Source: Eledone cirrhosa (taxonomy: Eukaryota). Taken from it: a stretch of DNA of 64,000 nucleotides. The DNA lies in assembly GCA_964016885.1 (NCBI GenBank), contig OZ024741.1:319052001-319116000 (forward strand), written 5' to 3'. Positions within the stretch are counted from its first letter, which is position 1, and each line of letters opens with the position of its first letter. Below, piece by piece: positions 54,901-63,639 of the stretch. Both the position numbers and the translations under genes were made by a program. The notes beneath the pieces are model-generated. The model was not told the DNA's origin and did not search any database. It worked only from the letters and a program-made list of their open reading frames with translations.

Positions 54901-57900
54901 CAATGTGAATGTTTCATGCATGTATATATGTGTGTGTATGCATGCATGCGCATTTGTATGTGTGCTTGTGTATGCATGTGTGTGTGTGTGTTTGTATGAG
55001 TACATATGCATGTGTGTTTGTATGTATGTGTGTTTGTGTGTTTGCGTATGTGTGTTTGTATTTATGTGTATGTTTGTATGTGTGTGTGTGTGTGTGTGTA
55101 TGCATGTGTATGTATGTGCATTTTATGTGTGTGTTTGTATGTATAAATATATATATATATTTTACTAATTACACTGTTTTACCTTCTTCAATAATTTCAG
55201 GATCTTGGTGAACAAAAAATTGCCAGCATGGTTGAAAGCAAAAACTTCAAAAAACAGATATTCCACAAAGAATGGCAAGTGATTTTGGAGAATCTATATT
55301 TAACCCTTTTGATACCAACCCTTGTATTTTAAAGATTTCCTATTTAAATTAAAATGCTCCCCCACATAGTTTGAGATAAGAAACATATGTTTGTCCACTC
55401 CCTTTGCTTGCCTTTTGTTTTATGTGGTCCTAGATGTGTGTATTACCTGCTTGTGTGTTTTTTTTTTCTTTTTTCTTTTTATTTGTAATATTATGATGAT
55501 GGTTATGTTGACAAAATAAAGAAACTATTTTACATGTTAAGTTATGTTACAGATACCATCTTGATAATGAAATACTAATTTTAGTAAATCCCCCTTTTGT
55601 TAGTAACCTGATCCAAAAGATTTCTGGTTCTATGAAACAAACTCACACATTTTAACTCTTAACCCTTCAGCATTTAAACCGGCCGTATCTAGCCAGAATT
55701 CTCTCACCTCTTTCTGTTCAAACCGACTGTAACCAGCCACTCATACTGATGTTAAGGTATTGTTTTCAAAATAAATAATATTAAAATCTCAGATTCGATA
55801 TTATGTGAGATGATTATGTGAGATAAAGCCTTTACCATGAAAATAGAGTAATGTAGATTTAACAGAAAATAGCTAAAAACTAGTTTGGTTTAATTGTTTA
55901 GTTTGTTGTATCTATATCAGAGCTAATACCGCTGTTGGCCACTAAAGGTTTCTCTCTAAAAATGAAAGGCAGATTGTATGATGCTTGTATACGAACAGCA
56001 ATGTTACATGGAAGTGAGACCTGGGCATTGTTTGCAGAAGATCTGGACAGATTGGAAAGGAATGTAGCATGCATGAATGGCAAAATGTAAATGAACTAAG
56101 TGAGAAATTAGGAATTAGAGGGATCAGATTCAGTTTACTTGAGAGGAGATTACGTTGGTATGCTCATGTGATTCGTATGAGGAACGACAGCTGTATAAAA
56201 AAGTGCAGGGTGATCAAATTTGATGGAAGCTACGGAGTAGGTAGACCCAAAAAACTTGGGATGAGGTGATAAAAACTGACCTTGCTCACTTACATCTCTC
56301 TAAGACAATGTCACTGGATCGAGATCTTTGGTGCTATGCAGTTATACAGAAGACCCGCCTTCCCTTACGTACAAATTTAAACCTACAGTCAGTAGGCACC
56401 TCTTAACCCAATATACACTCCACCCCACATCCCTACTTCATCCTCCCACTTCCATCCACCCTTTCTCTGTAAAGTTATGTTGGTACCACAGAACTGTTGG
56501 TCCACACTGTAAAGTGGTTGTGTAGCTGTCATGACAAAAAGCACCCAGTCCACACTGTAAAGTCATGACTCCTACATGACCACATGGTACTAACTGATAC
56601 CCAGCATTTCTCTCAGTTCATCTATACTTTGCATTTCACACACCATTGCACATCCATCAGAGCAAGCTTGCTTTATTTCTCTCTAGCCTTCGCATCTCCT
56701 CCGCATTCACTGCTCATGTCTCACTACCATACAACTTTGCACTTTATTCACATGAATTATACAGCCAGCCTTTCTTTCATAAAGGGAAACCTTTTGTGAC
56801 TGAACCCAGAACTATATGGTTGTCAAGCAAACTCCTTAATCACACAACCACACCTGTGCTGATTATTATAAATTGAATTAACTTCAGTACATGTTCTATG
56901 CTAATTTCATTGGCTCTCAAAGAGTGAAAAGACAAGTTGATCAAAGTTTTTAATTTTTGTTTTTTTAGTTGGAAGGGGTAGTGACAGTTTTGAATGGAGA
57001 TGAGCTGTGTCTATGGCCTTCACAATACCTTCAAGACTAGAGAGCACTGATGCCCACGACTTTCACTGGTCCTCTGAGACTGGAGTGTGTCTACAAGGAA
57101 CATAGGCCATTGTAGTAGAGTCAGTAAGAGTAGAGAGAAGAGAGAGCATGCCTGTGTCTCAGAGGAGTGGAAACCAATGTAGTAGAGGTAGAATCAGAAA
57201 AAGGAGGAGACAGTGCATCTGCAAGCCAGAGTGTGGAGTTTATGAATACCTTTATACTGGGTTTTTCTCTGGATTTAAATTCTGAATTCAGGTTTAGAAT
57301 TTGAATCTCTAGAATGCTTTCCATTACACTAATAATAATTTATTTCAATTTAGTACAAGTATTTATTTTAGTGGTCCCAGATGAATTAAATTAAAGCTGA
57401 TCCCAGTGAAATTTGAAGTCAGGATATAGAGATTTGCAAAGTTTTGGTATGAGTGGGCTGCAACAGACAAATATCTCCAAATGACTGAATATTAAATGTT
57501 CTTGTATTTATTATCGATACTTAAGCACCGGAAACTGCCTTGGTTTTATGATACAAAACATCCCATTTTAAAATCATCATCATCATTTTATGTCCGTTTT
57601 TCCTTGCTTGCAAGGGTGGGATGGGTCCTCTTCAGCACAGCCTCTCTCCATTCATCAGTCCTTCGTCATCTCCTCTTCAGCGATCTGAGGTCAGCTCTCA
57701 CCACCTCCATCCATGTTTTTCGTGGTCTACTGTGTCTTCCTTCCACTGGGATTTCTTGGCATTTCTTCATGTAGCAGTCATCTTCCATAAACATCACATG
57801 GTCATACCAATGCAGTCTTCTCTCTTGCACACTACAGTTTATTCCTTTTATACACAGTTTCACTCTCAACTCGTCCATGCTTCGTTGTTCACACTCATTG

Positions 57901-60900
57901 ACATTGCACATCCATTGGAGCATGCTTGCTTCATTTCTCTCCAGCCTTCGCATATCTTCCGCAATTGCTGTCCATGTCTCACTACCATGCAGCATCGTGC
58001 ATCTCACACGGGCATCATACAACCAACCTTTTTTTCACAGGGAGAAACCCTTTGTTGTCAACAAAAGAAGCAGCTCCCTAAACTTCTTCCATCCTGTCCT
58101 TATTCTAGACACTATGGCCTCAGAGCATCCTCCTCTCATGCTAATCTGATCACCTAGATATCGGAAGCTATCAACCACTTCTACAGATCCTACCTGCATT
58201 TGAAAAATGTGCCTATCACAGACACTTCTATCAATTTTCCCTGAACATCTACTACATATGAAGTTTTCCTTTCCTGTTAGTTTGCCTGCTATTCCACTAC
58301 ACCTCTTGTGTACCCAAGATCTGCATTGTGTACATTCTATAGAATTTATGCCAACTCCTTTTCTACATATCGAGCCTGGCCATTTCTTTGATGGAATCAG
58401 AGTCTTGTACTCTTTCCTACTTATCAACACTTTAGTCTTTGATAGGTTCACTCTCAGTCCTCTTGATTCCAACTGCTGTTCCACAGCCAGAATTTATTCC
58501 CTAGCTCCTCTACTGATTCTGCTATAAGTACCAGATTGTCAGTATAGAAAAGTTCCCGTGGGCAGCCAGTCTTAAACTTCTCTGTTATGGCTTGGAGAAC
58601 TATAATGAATAACAGTGGGCTGAGGACCGAACCCTGATGAACTCCTATTCGTATCTGGAATTCCTCACTAAACTCCATTCCTACTTTCACTTTACTGATA
58701 GCTCCTCTGTACATAACTTGCACTGTCCTCACAAGACATTCCTCTACACCTAGTTTCCTTAGGGACCACCAGATGACAGATAGGGGTACTCTATCAAAGG
58801 CCTTCTCTAGGTCAATAAAAGCTAAATACAGTGACTTATTCTTCTCTAAAATTCTCTTGTAGTTGTCTCACTAAGAAGAGGGCACCTGTTGTACACATAA
58901 AACCAAACTGAATCTCATCTACTTTGACTTTCTCTAATTAGTTGTGCTAGCACTATGTCACTTTCATAACCTGATCCATCAGTTTATGCTCCTATAATTG
59001 CTTCTCTCCAGAGCACCCCCTTTACCTATGTAGCAATTAAAATATTCATACTTATATTAAAACCTTTTTTCAAATTTTTGTTAAGTTATGTTCCAAGAAT
59101 CAGCTTAATAATGAAAAAGGTTAAGTATTTTATCAAATTCCTCCCAACTTTTTATGATTTTCAAAATTAATTAAAACACTTATTTCATTAGAAATACGAT
59201 AATGAAACGGTTTATCACTATTATTTCAGGGAACACAGAAAAATGATGATGATGATGGAAGATCTAAAGCAAAAGATGAATATAGTAAAATTTATGAAGG
59301 TCACCCGTGAAATACAGAGGGTCAGTTGTGGATCAACAGAATCAACTTGGTCCCCTTGTTATTCTTCATGTTACTTGATCCATTTTGAGACCAAACCACA
59401 TGAAATCACATCTAGTTTAGCCCTTTAGCATTTAAACTGGCCATATCCAGCCAGAATTCTCTCACCTTTTTCTGTTCAAACTAGCCATAATTAGTCACTC
59501 ATACTGATGTTATGGTATTGTTCTCAAAATAAATAATATCAAAATCACATATATTCAACATTATGTGAGATAATTATGTGAGGTAAAACCTTTACCATGA
59601 AAATATAATAGTATATATAGAATAATGTAAATGCTAAAGGGTTAATGATACAACATTTTATTTTAAAGCACTTATATTTATGTAAAAGCATTCCATCATA
59701 ATTTTATGTAAGAACCTGTATTAAGTTATGTTCTAAACACTAGATAAATAATGAAAAAGTTAATTATATTCTTATATTAAATCCCTGCAAATTCTTCTAT
59801 ATTTTCCAAGTTATTAGAAAATCATAGACAAATATTTTTATTTATTTATTTATTTATTGATCACAGTAAATTATTGTATGTTTAATTAAATTATACAAAT
59901 GTTTGTATAAAACTGTGATTCTTTAAGGTTCAATAATGCACCTTTCTGAGTTCTGCATCTTAGGTAGCTGCCTATTTGGCCTTAATGGTAACACCGTCCC
60001 TGAGTCTATATACTTTTACTTGGCTAGTAATCAGGACATACTGGTTCAATTACCATCTAGCTCACATTATCCCGCTGAAGTTAACTTTGCCTTTCATCCT
60101 TACGGGGTCGATAAAATAAAGTACCAGTAATGCACTGGGTAATTGCTGGCCTTGTGCCAAACGTAGAAACAATTATTTTCTTTTAGGGTGGTGAATTGGC
60201 AGTATCAGTAGAGGGTTGGATGCCATGCTTTCTAGCATAGTTATGTCCCTTTACGGTCTGAGTTCAAGTCCCGCTGAGGTTAACTTTGCCTTTCATCCTT
60301 ACGGGGTCAATAAAATAAAGTACCAGTAATACACTGGGTAATTGCTGGCTTTGTGCCAAAAGTAGAAACAATTATTTTCTTTTATGCTTTTTTTTTGTAC
60401 ATCCTTTTATTTTCAGTATTTCCTTGTATATAATATGACATGAAGTTAAAAAAACAACAAAAAAAACAATAAATTACACCCTTGTGTATAATATGATTAA
60501 GGAGTACAGTCATATCTATGGAAATTCTTTTTTAAACTTGTGCCACTTTATCCACCAAAATCTTGATCTCACACATATATTTCACTGCAATATTCAGTTT
60601 CTCATAATGTTAAAGGATTGTATATAAAACAACCAGATGTTTAGTATTTCATAAACAATTATTATCAACATATTTGCAATCCAGCCATTTGAAATGATTT
60701 TTTAAGCTCAGTGAACATTACTGAAAATGTGTATTTGTGTATATGACGTTTATTTGCTCTAATTTTAATTCAACGTTTCTTGTATCATTATACACAAGGA
60801 AATATGTTGGCTTCCTGCTGTAGTTGTAAATATATCAATCAAAGGTATTCAGTTGAAACAGTTTACAAAAAAAAACTTAATAAAAAAAAATCAAAAAAGA

Positions 60901-62505
60901 ATTTTCACAAATTTCAGTTTACAAAATCTCTTTTTGTTTCTATTTGACCAGTATTTGGAACTAGAAAACTATAGTGCTTACAATTCTCAACAAACAGAAC
61001 GTCTTGAAAAATTACTGGTAGGAGTTCGCAGTGTAAGTATAAAGAAAACCTTATTCAAAGAAATATATTCTTTATTCCATTTACACTTCGGTCATGCTGT
61101 AAGCGTATTGGCTTGCCTCAAAAATTTTCATCGACCCTTGTGTGGCTGATTGTTGCATTTGGTGGTAAATTGATGGTCATTTTTGTTTCCCTTTTTTTTC
61201 TTTCTCTCGCTCTGATTGTATATTTTGGTGCATTGGCAGTATCGGTAGAGGGTCGGACGCCATGCTACTCAAGCATAGAGTTACGCCCCTTTATGGTCTG
61301 AGTTCAAATCCCGCAGAGGTTAAATTTGTCTTTCATCCTTACCGGGTTGATAAAATAAAGTACCAGTAATGCACTGGGATAATTGCTGGTCTTGTGCCAA
61401 AAGTAGAAACAATTATATTTGTGAGGTTCCATGCAATATTTAATTGTATTTATTATATATGTTTATATAAGTCTAACCCATGCTAGCGTGGAAGATGGAC
61501 ATTAAACGAAGATGATAAGCACAAAATACAAGTATTATATTATTTTTTGTGTTGTGGAGGCACATGGCTTAGTGGTTAGAGCATTGGCCTTGTAATCGAA
61601 AGGTTGTGAGTTCATTCTCAGACCGGGTGATGTGTTGTTTCTTTGAGCAAGACACTTTATTTCACATTGCTCCAGTTTACTCAGCTGTAGAAATGAGATG
61701 ATAGGGACTGGGGTCCCTATCATTCCACTGCAAAGTAGTCGTGGAGGTGCCATGGCAAAAAAGCACCCAGCACTCACTGTAAATGAGGTTGGTGTTAGGA
61801 AGGGCATCCAGCTGTAGAAATCAAGCCAGAATCAGTTCCCGTCCCACCCTTGCAAGCAGGGAAAAGCGGACGTAAAATGATGATGATGATTATATTTTCT
61901 CTCTAAAAGAATTGAGAACAATTTATAATGTAATTAATGCAACTATGAATAAATCTTTACACTTTTAAAAGTATATAAGTGAGATGTAGATGCCCCAGCG
62001 CATCCGGGAGGTTACTAGTTCAGTTTGAGTATTGACTCAGTCTGTGCCATCTGTCCAGCCTTTGTTAGCAGAGAAGGGGGGGGGGGGGGGGCATCAAATG
62101 TTGATGAGTCTTTTACTCTTTTACTGCTTTTAGTCATACATAAACATAAACATACACACATGTGGGGGTTTATGTAGTGAAATAAAGTGTTTCGTTCCAG
62201 GACACAACTCACCACCAGGAATGGAACTCCAGACTTTACAATCATGAGCCAAACATCTTAACCATTAAACGATGCCAATTCTCCCTCCCAAACTAAGCAG
62301 TAAAACAGCACCCCCTCCTTATTTCTCATTATATTTTTCTGTTTCTATCAGATCCATGAGAAGAAACATATGAAGATTGAAGATGACATCTACAAGTTGA
62401 AGACAACCATTAAAATGAAAAAGAAGGACAATGAAAGATTGACCAAACAGATCAAATACATCAATGTCCAAGTCAATGACCGAAGACATATCGCTGATGT
62501 CTGCC
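3141..62505 (+). CDS. CFAP43: CFAP43/WDR96-like gene, partial (32 coding exons; 5' and 3' ends lie outside the window)
   Basis: 32 AG/GT-bounded exons (one GC donor) join in consistent phase without stops. N-terminal part has WD40-like segments ([50 protein letters not shown]). C-terminal part has CFAP43-type motifs ([54 protein letters not shown]). Gene identity is from recalled similarity, not a search. Confidence 0.9.
3260..3580. mobile_element. hAT (Charlie-like) MITE
   Basis: TIRs cagtaattcccaac / gttgggaaccactg; imperfect 8-bp TSD tactagaa/tattagat. Confidence 0.7.
4238..4507. mobile_element. AT-rich TTAA-flanked MITE (family with many degenerate copies, e.g. about 7295-7535, 10710-10975, 29475-29725, 48045 onward, 55280 onward)
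   Basis: ttaa(t)ccctttg...caaagggttaa ends; shared internal motifs (ttctatgatacaaa, ttcattagaaatatg). Confidence 0.55.
4560..5990 (+). mobile_element. Degenerate RTE (Expander/Rex3-like) LINE fragment
   Basis: [35 protein letters not shown]; many stops and frameshifts. Confidence 0.8.
6143..6277 (+). CDS. CFAP43: CFAP43 exon (NGYLCVFDV...ILIGTAE)
   Basis: tttcag|...gag|gtaaag; 135 nt, phase 0-0. Confidence 0.88.
6320..6785. repeat. (CAT)n/(CAC)n trinucleotide tracts filling a short intron
   Basis: Directly visible. Confidence 0.9.
6808..6924 (+). CDS. CFAP43: CFAP43 exon ([10 protein letters not shown]...YPGTTAAV)
   Basis: ctgacag|...gtt|gtaagt; 117 nt. Confidence 0.85.
7562..7642 (+). 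CDS. CFAP43: CFAP43 exon ([27 protein letters not shown])
   Basis: ttttcag|...cag|gtgaac; WD motif. Confidence 0.9.
7822..8021. mobile_element. piggyBac-type MITE, about 200 bp (TTAA TSD)
   Basis: ttaa|ccctttagcattta ... taaatgctaaaggg|ttaa; related copies at 21746-21948, 39261-39479, about 54070-54294, 55660-55860, 59420-59645, 26277-26468, 23101-23297, 17700-17850. Confidence 0.85.
8444..8592 (+). CDS. CFAP43: CFAP43 exon ([20 protein letters not shown]...SVTCL)
   Basis: ttctag|...ca|gtaagt; phase 0-2. Confidence 0.9.
10028..10131 (+). CDS. CFAP43: CFAP43 exon ([12 protein letters not shown]...KIYGFV)
   Basis: tatccag|...g|gtatga; phase 2-1. Confidence 0.88.
11043..11255 (-). mobile_element. 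SINE family A copy (others at about 15147-15325, 23825-24010, 28315-28525, 29735-29900, 50838-51015, 51687-51865, 60068-60375, 61232-61415)
   Basis: Same head, core and tail (ccttgtgccaaaagtagaaacaatt) as 1987-2171. Confidence 0.8.
11338..15125 (-). mobile_element. Degenerate L1/Tx1-clade LINE (ORF1 remnant; ORF2 with APE, RT and C-terminal zinc finger)
   Basis: ORF2 starts at 14340 [14 protein letters not shown]; VYAP, SYLDRV, TDHKFV, YWKLN; [34 protein letters not shown]; CLRC near the 3' end; aataaa followed by (TTA)n; internal deletion near 13520. Confidence 0.88.
15580..15726 (+). CDS. CFAP43: CFAP43 exon ([11 protein letters not shown]...LEPNFKK)
   Basis: ttttctag|...a|gtgagt; phase 1-1. 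Confidence 0.8.
16026..17280 (-). mobile_element. CR1-clade LINE fragment (RT and C-terminus)
   Basis: [37 protein letters not shown]...WNKLP. Confidence 0.88.
17378..17559 (+). CDS. CFAP43: CFAP43 exon ([16 protein letters not shown]...FDPNSQ)
   Basis: atttcag|...cag|gtattt; phase 1-0. Confidence 0.8.
17950..18218. repeat. Compound microsatellite (TTC)n(TCC)n, short RTE scrap, (CT)n(TA)n
   Basis: Directly visible. Confidence 0.9.
18461..18598 (+). CDS. CFAP43: CFAP43 exon ([10 protein letters not shown]...[19 protein letters not shown])
   Basis: aaacag|...ctg|gtaagg; 138 nt. Confidence 0.88.
19180..19446 (+). CDS. CFAP43: CFAP43 exon ([13 protein letters not shown]...LPPIKFQ)
   Basis: caacag|...cag|gtgaga; 267 nt; last WD-like repeat. 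Confidence 0.88.
19934..20011 (+). CDS. CFAP43: CFAP43 exon ([26 protein letters not shown])
   Basis: ccaacag|...ctg|gtgagt. Confidence 0.88.
20038..21380. repeat. About 1.3 kb (CAT)n/(CAC/TAC/AAC)n degenerate trinucleotide array
   Basis: Fills the intron between exons ending 20011 and starting 21425. Confidence 0.92.
21425..21502 (+). CDS. CFAP43: CFAP43 exon ([26 protein letters not shown])
   Basis: ttttacag|...act|gtaaat; coiled coil. Confidence 0.88.
21575..23020. repeat. About 59-bp minisatellite (gacacaaaccccaaatatt...ataaagagcccttaaacttg) interrupted by two insertions
   Basis: About 3 units, then a MITE, a partial unit, a 0.65 kb insert, then about 6 units. Confidence 0.85.
21746..21948. 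mobile_element. piggyBac-type MITE inserted at the TTAA of a minisatellite unit
   Basis: cc-ttaa[ccc...ggg]ttaa-acttg versus empty units ccttaaacttg. Confidence 0.88.
23373..23498 (+). CDS. CFAP43: CFAP43 exon ([28 protein letters not shown]...AIQK)
   Basis: ttccag|...aag|gtagga; conserved motif. Confidence 0.92.
24406..24510 (+). CDS. CFAP43: CFAP43 exon ([14 protein letters not shown]...KGRCIK)
   Basis: ttaccag|...aag|gtagta. Confidence 0.9.
24935..25885. repeat. 32-bp AT-rich minisatellite (cacaataccttgtatattacaatatgttatac and variants)
   Basis: Period 32 counted directly; source of the spurious Y/I/T-rich ORFs. Confidence 0.92.
25910..26026 (+). CDS. CFAP43: CFAP43 exon ([17 protein letters not shown]...KKVAQ)
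   Basis: caacag|...cag|gtttgt. Confidence 0.9.
26897..26947 (+). CDS. CFAP43: CFAP43 small exon ([17 protein letters not shown])
   Basis: ccacag|...agt|gtaagt; 51 nt. Confidence 0.8.
29051..29089 (+). CDS. CFAP43: Probable CFAP43 micro-exon ([13 protein letters not shown]); donor may instead be at 29095
   Basis: Strong acceptor tttccag; two in-frame GT donors; phase 0-0. Confidence 0.55.
30617..30982. repeat. Long inverted repeat centred on (TA)n
   Basis: Arms are reverse complements; the right arm lacks about 35 nt. Confidence 0.85.
31295..31524. repeat. About 230-bp near-perfect foldback with hammerhead-like core
   Basis: Arms 31295-31411 and 31416-31524, 4-nt loop; CTGATGA...GAAACctttgGTTA in the right arm. 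Confidence 0.88.
32510..33070. repeat. About 95-bp degenerate tandem repeat (about 6 copies; 2 more at about 29245-29425)
   Basis: Recurring ttctgccagaagttg...cagatagtatcagcaatggaaag...ggaaacattgtttc. Confidence 0.75.
33151..33205 (+). CDS. CFAP43: CFAP43 small exon ([18 protein letters not shown])
   Basis: ctgaag|...g|gtaggt; supplies the phase 0 to 1 change needed by the next exon. Confidence 0.75.
33700..33791 (+). CDS. CFAP43: CFAP43 exon ([30 protein letters not shown])
   Basis: ttactag|...cag|gttatt; phase 1-0. Confidence 0.9.
34968..35158. repeat. About 190-bp foldback with hammerhead-like core
   Basis: Reverse-complement arms; gag-CTGAGGA-tccgctaaagt-GAAA-caattg-TT-ctc at 35088-35123. 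Confidence 0.85.
35354..38222 (+). mobile_element. Near full-length RTE-clade LINE (APE endonuclease, RT, PHD-like finger), disrupted
   Basis: [26 protein letters not shown]; [29 protein letters not shown]; stops at about 35996, 37564 and 37863; deletion of the DLEKAFD motif at about 37040; (GAT)n tail. Confidence 0.93.
38339..38964 (+). mobile_element. Non-autonomous Helitron
   Basis: a|TCtatatataatataaaag start; 3' ccggtcgaagccagg degenerate hairpin plus CTAG|t end; no TSD. Confidence 0.7.
39029..39235 (+). CDS. CFAP43: CFAP43 exon ([15 protein letters not shown]...FVVNDSE)
   Basis: ctgcag|...gaa|gtaagt; 207 nt. Confidence 0.92.
39261..39479. mobile_element. piggyBac-type MITE copy
   Basis: ttaa|ccctttagcattta...taaatgctaaaggg|ttaa. 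Confidence 0.85.
39645..41618. repeat. About 2 kb minisatellite, 18/23-bp units (cacta[cacta]catgtcacctaca)
   Basis: Directly visible; source of the THYMSP/LHVT ORFs. Confidence 0.95.
41636..41806 (+). CDS. CFAP43: CFAP43 exon (VTVEKYQT...[17 protein letters not shown])
   Basis: tttacag|...aag|gtaacc. Confidence 0.92.
41815..42510. repeat. (CAT)n/(CAC)n array
   Basis: Directly visible. Confidence 0.92.
42969..43091 (+). CDS. CFAP43: CFAP43 exon ([18 protein letters not shown]...EREKYRK)
   Basis: ctcccag|...aaa|gtaggt. Confidence 0.92.
43098..43708 (-). mobile_element. RTE LINE 3' fragment with long 3' UTR
   Basis: RRLRWYGYV...GRPKKTW; same UTR and tail as 584-1962. Confidence 0.85.
44363..45620 (-). 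mobile_element. RTE LINE 3' fragment interrupted by a SINE
   Basis: Finger region through RRLRWYGHV to UTR; SINE at 44986-45171. Confidence 0.85.
44986..45171 (+). mobile_element. SINE family A, full length, 15-bp TSD
   Basis: attactattacacat at 44971-44985 and 45172-45186. Confidence 0.92.
45857..45976 (+). CDS. CFAP43: CFAP43 exon (GLENELKKL...VLMAIYQ)
   Basis: tcctag|...cag|gtgagt. Confidence 0.92.
46387..46815. mobile_element. TTAA-flanked MITE with 16-bp TIR (related degenerate copies at about 6945-7260 and 43745-44150)
   Basis: ttaa|ctcttaatatcctgta ... tacaggatattaagag|ttaa. Confidence 0.7.
47078..47185 (+). CDS. CFAP43: CFAP43 exon ([10 protein letters not shown]...CKRKEM)
   Basis: caacag|...atg|gtaatg. 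Confidence 0.9.
47844..48019 (+). CDS. CFAP43: CFAP43 exon (ENILQSVQD...HFRKRPK)
   Basis: ttctag|...aa|gtaaag; phase 0-2. Confidence 0.9.
48682..50170. mobile_element. RTE (Expander-like) LINE with inverted 5' segment
   Basis: 48682-49210 matches about 4630-5135 in reverse; 49232-50170 matches about 5140-6060 forward. Confidence 0.78.
50451..50673 (+). CDS. CFAP43: CFAP43 exon (AYKFKTPE...[25 protein letters not shown])
   Basis: catttag|...cat|gtaaga; phase 2-0. Confidence 0.9.
52554..52666 (+). CDS. CFAP43: CFAP43 exon ([14 protein letters not shown]...IETRLK)
   Basis: caccag|...aa|gtaagt; phase 0-2. Confidence 0.88.
52690..52960. repeat. About 39-40-bp minisatellite (tgtgtgcctgggtatttagtgccctaggctagctctacaa), about 7 copies
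   Basis: Directly visible just after an exon donor. Confidence 0.85.
52965..53306 (+). mobile_element. RTE LINE 3' fragment
   Basis: Degenerate RLxWYGH/PRKTW region plus (GAT)n tail. Confidence 0.75.
53312..53704 (+). mobile_element. Internally deleted mariner derivative (same family as 1-535) with three TIR copies
   Basis: ta|cgagagtaatcccaaaagt..., internal gagggcaatcccaaaagtaaggtctcc at 53530, ...acttttaggattgccctcg|ta. Confidence 0.85.
54295..54645. repeat. (GGT)n/(GAT)n array
   Basis: Directly visible. Confidence 0.9.
54697..54856 (+). CDS. CFAP43: CFAP43 exon ([22 protein letters not shown]...LNAKIK)
   Basis: ttgtag|...aag|gtctat; phase 2-0. Confidence 0.9.
55201..55274 (+). CDS. 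CFAP43: CFAP43 exon ([25 protein letters not shown]), GC donor
   Basis: tttcag|...tg|GCaagt; phase 2 is required by the next exon. Confidence 0.85.
55917..56795. mobile_element. RTE 3' fragment (+, 55917 to about 56590) followed by an RTE fragment in - orientation (about 56590-56795)
   Basis: [19 protein letters not shown] and RRLRWYAHV on +; reverse copy of the GSET region. Confidence 0.75.
57573..59035 (-). mobile_element. RTE LINE 3' half (same subfamily as 35354-38222)
   Basis: [11 protein letters not shown], finger, [15 protein letters not shown], tail cccttgcaagcaagg...aaaatgatgat. Confidence 0.9.
59230..59320 (+). CDS. CFAP43: CFAP43 exon ([15 protein letters not shown]...TREIQR)
   Basis: tttcag|g...agg|gtcagt; phase 2-0. 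Confidence 0.9.
60952..61032 (+). CDS. CFAP43: CFAP43 exon ([27 protein letters not shown])
   Basis: gaccag|...agt|gtaagt. Confidence 0.85.
61556..61890 (+). mobile_element. tRNA-headed SINE (family B) with RTE-derived tail
   Basis: tggcttagtggttagagc...gagttcattc head; ttgagcaagacact core; tail near-identical to the RTE 3' end at about 38175-38220. Confidence 0.8.
62352..62505 (+). CDS. CFAP43: CFAP43 exon ([12 protein letters not shown]...[11 protein letters not shown])
   Basis: ctatcag|...c|gtaagt; phase 0-1; gene continues beyond the window. Confidence 0.9.
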
Positions 62506-63639
62506 GTAAGTTGGCGCCATTCACACTCTTAGTTCTCTGCAAATGGGAACATTTAAAAATGATTTTAGTGTAGAATACCATTTGTGTTATGTATGTGTTT
62601 TTACCAGTAACACGGTATGTATGTGTGCATGTATGTATATATGTAGGTGTGCATGTATGTGTGTTTATGTATATATGTGTGTGTATTCATATATGTATAT
62701 ATATCAATTAAAAAGTTATTTGTCTTTAAGTCTCAATCAAAGGATAAAATATACAGATAAATTATCAACTCAGAGAAGTAACTAACATATTAAACTTAAG
62801 CTAAAATCTCAATTTGGTGGGATATAAGCTAGATTGACTAAAATAAGTCAGTTTTACTCATATATCAAGATTTTGGCTTAAGTTTAATATGTCTATATAT
62901 GTCATCATCATCATCATTTTACGTCCGCTTGCATTTGCATATATGTGTGTGTGTGTGTATATATATATAACTCTACAAAGTAAACTGTCTCTCACACAGT
63001 TTATTTCATATACATACATACAGATTGTTCCACATATGCATATATATATATATACACACCTTAATTTACAACTTTATAAAGTAATTGTCTCTTAAGATGT
63101 AGGCATCTCAATGACAGGATAAGATATATCAATAAATTAATAAACCAATAATCCACTCAGAGGAGTATTAAAAATATTAAATTTAAGCCAAAATCACACT
63201 TCAGAGGAAATATGTCAAGTTGGCTAAAAGAAGCCAATTTTAAATATATTGCCCCAACCATTGTTTCAAATACTCAAAGAAACAACATTTGGAATTTCAA
63301 GACATTGAAATAACCAATGCTGGAGGAATTGAAGTTTTATTATCAGGAGGCGAATTCTTCATAGGAATATGGGACAAGTAGAAAAATGATCATACATACC
63401 AATTCACTGCTAGATCATATATGTGAACAATGTGTTGTATTGAATTGTCGTATGAATATATCTACCCAAAAGGACTAGCTGAATATATATCATATAACCA
63501 TACCACTTATAAATCACAAGGGACAGCAACATGATGCAACTTTAAAATACTGTTAGGAAATTACCTACTTGGTGTATTAGGACAATATGACGAGCTTATA
63601 TTGATGGTAGAAATAGCAGCCAAAGAATATATATATATA

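Noticed and set aside
55275-55284. Canonical GT donor after 55278 (caa|gtgatt)
   Set aside because: Gives phase 0, incompatible with the phase-2 acceptor at 59230, and breaks EWEH
59243-59257. (ATG)5 resembling an RTE/SINE (GAT)n tail
   Set aside because: It lies in frame within a conserved exon ([12 protein letters not shown]) and has no upstream retroelement sequence
61556-61630. tRNA gene (also about 8775-8845, 44990-45075)
   Set aside because: A/B boxes are present but there is no full cloverleaf; it continues into SINE body and tail
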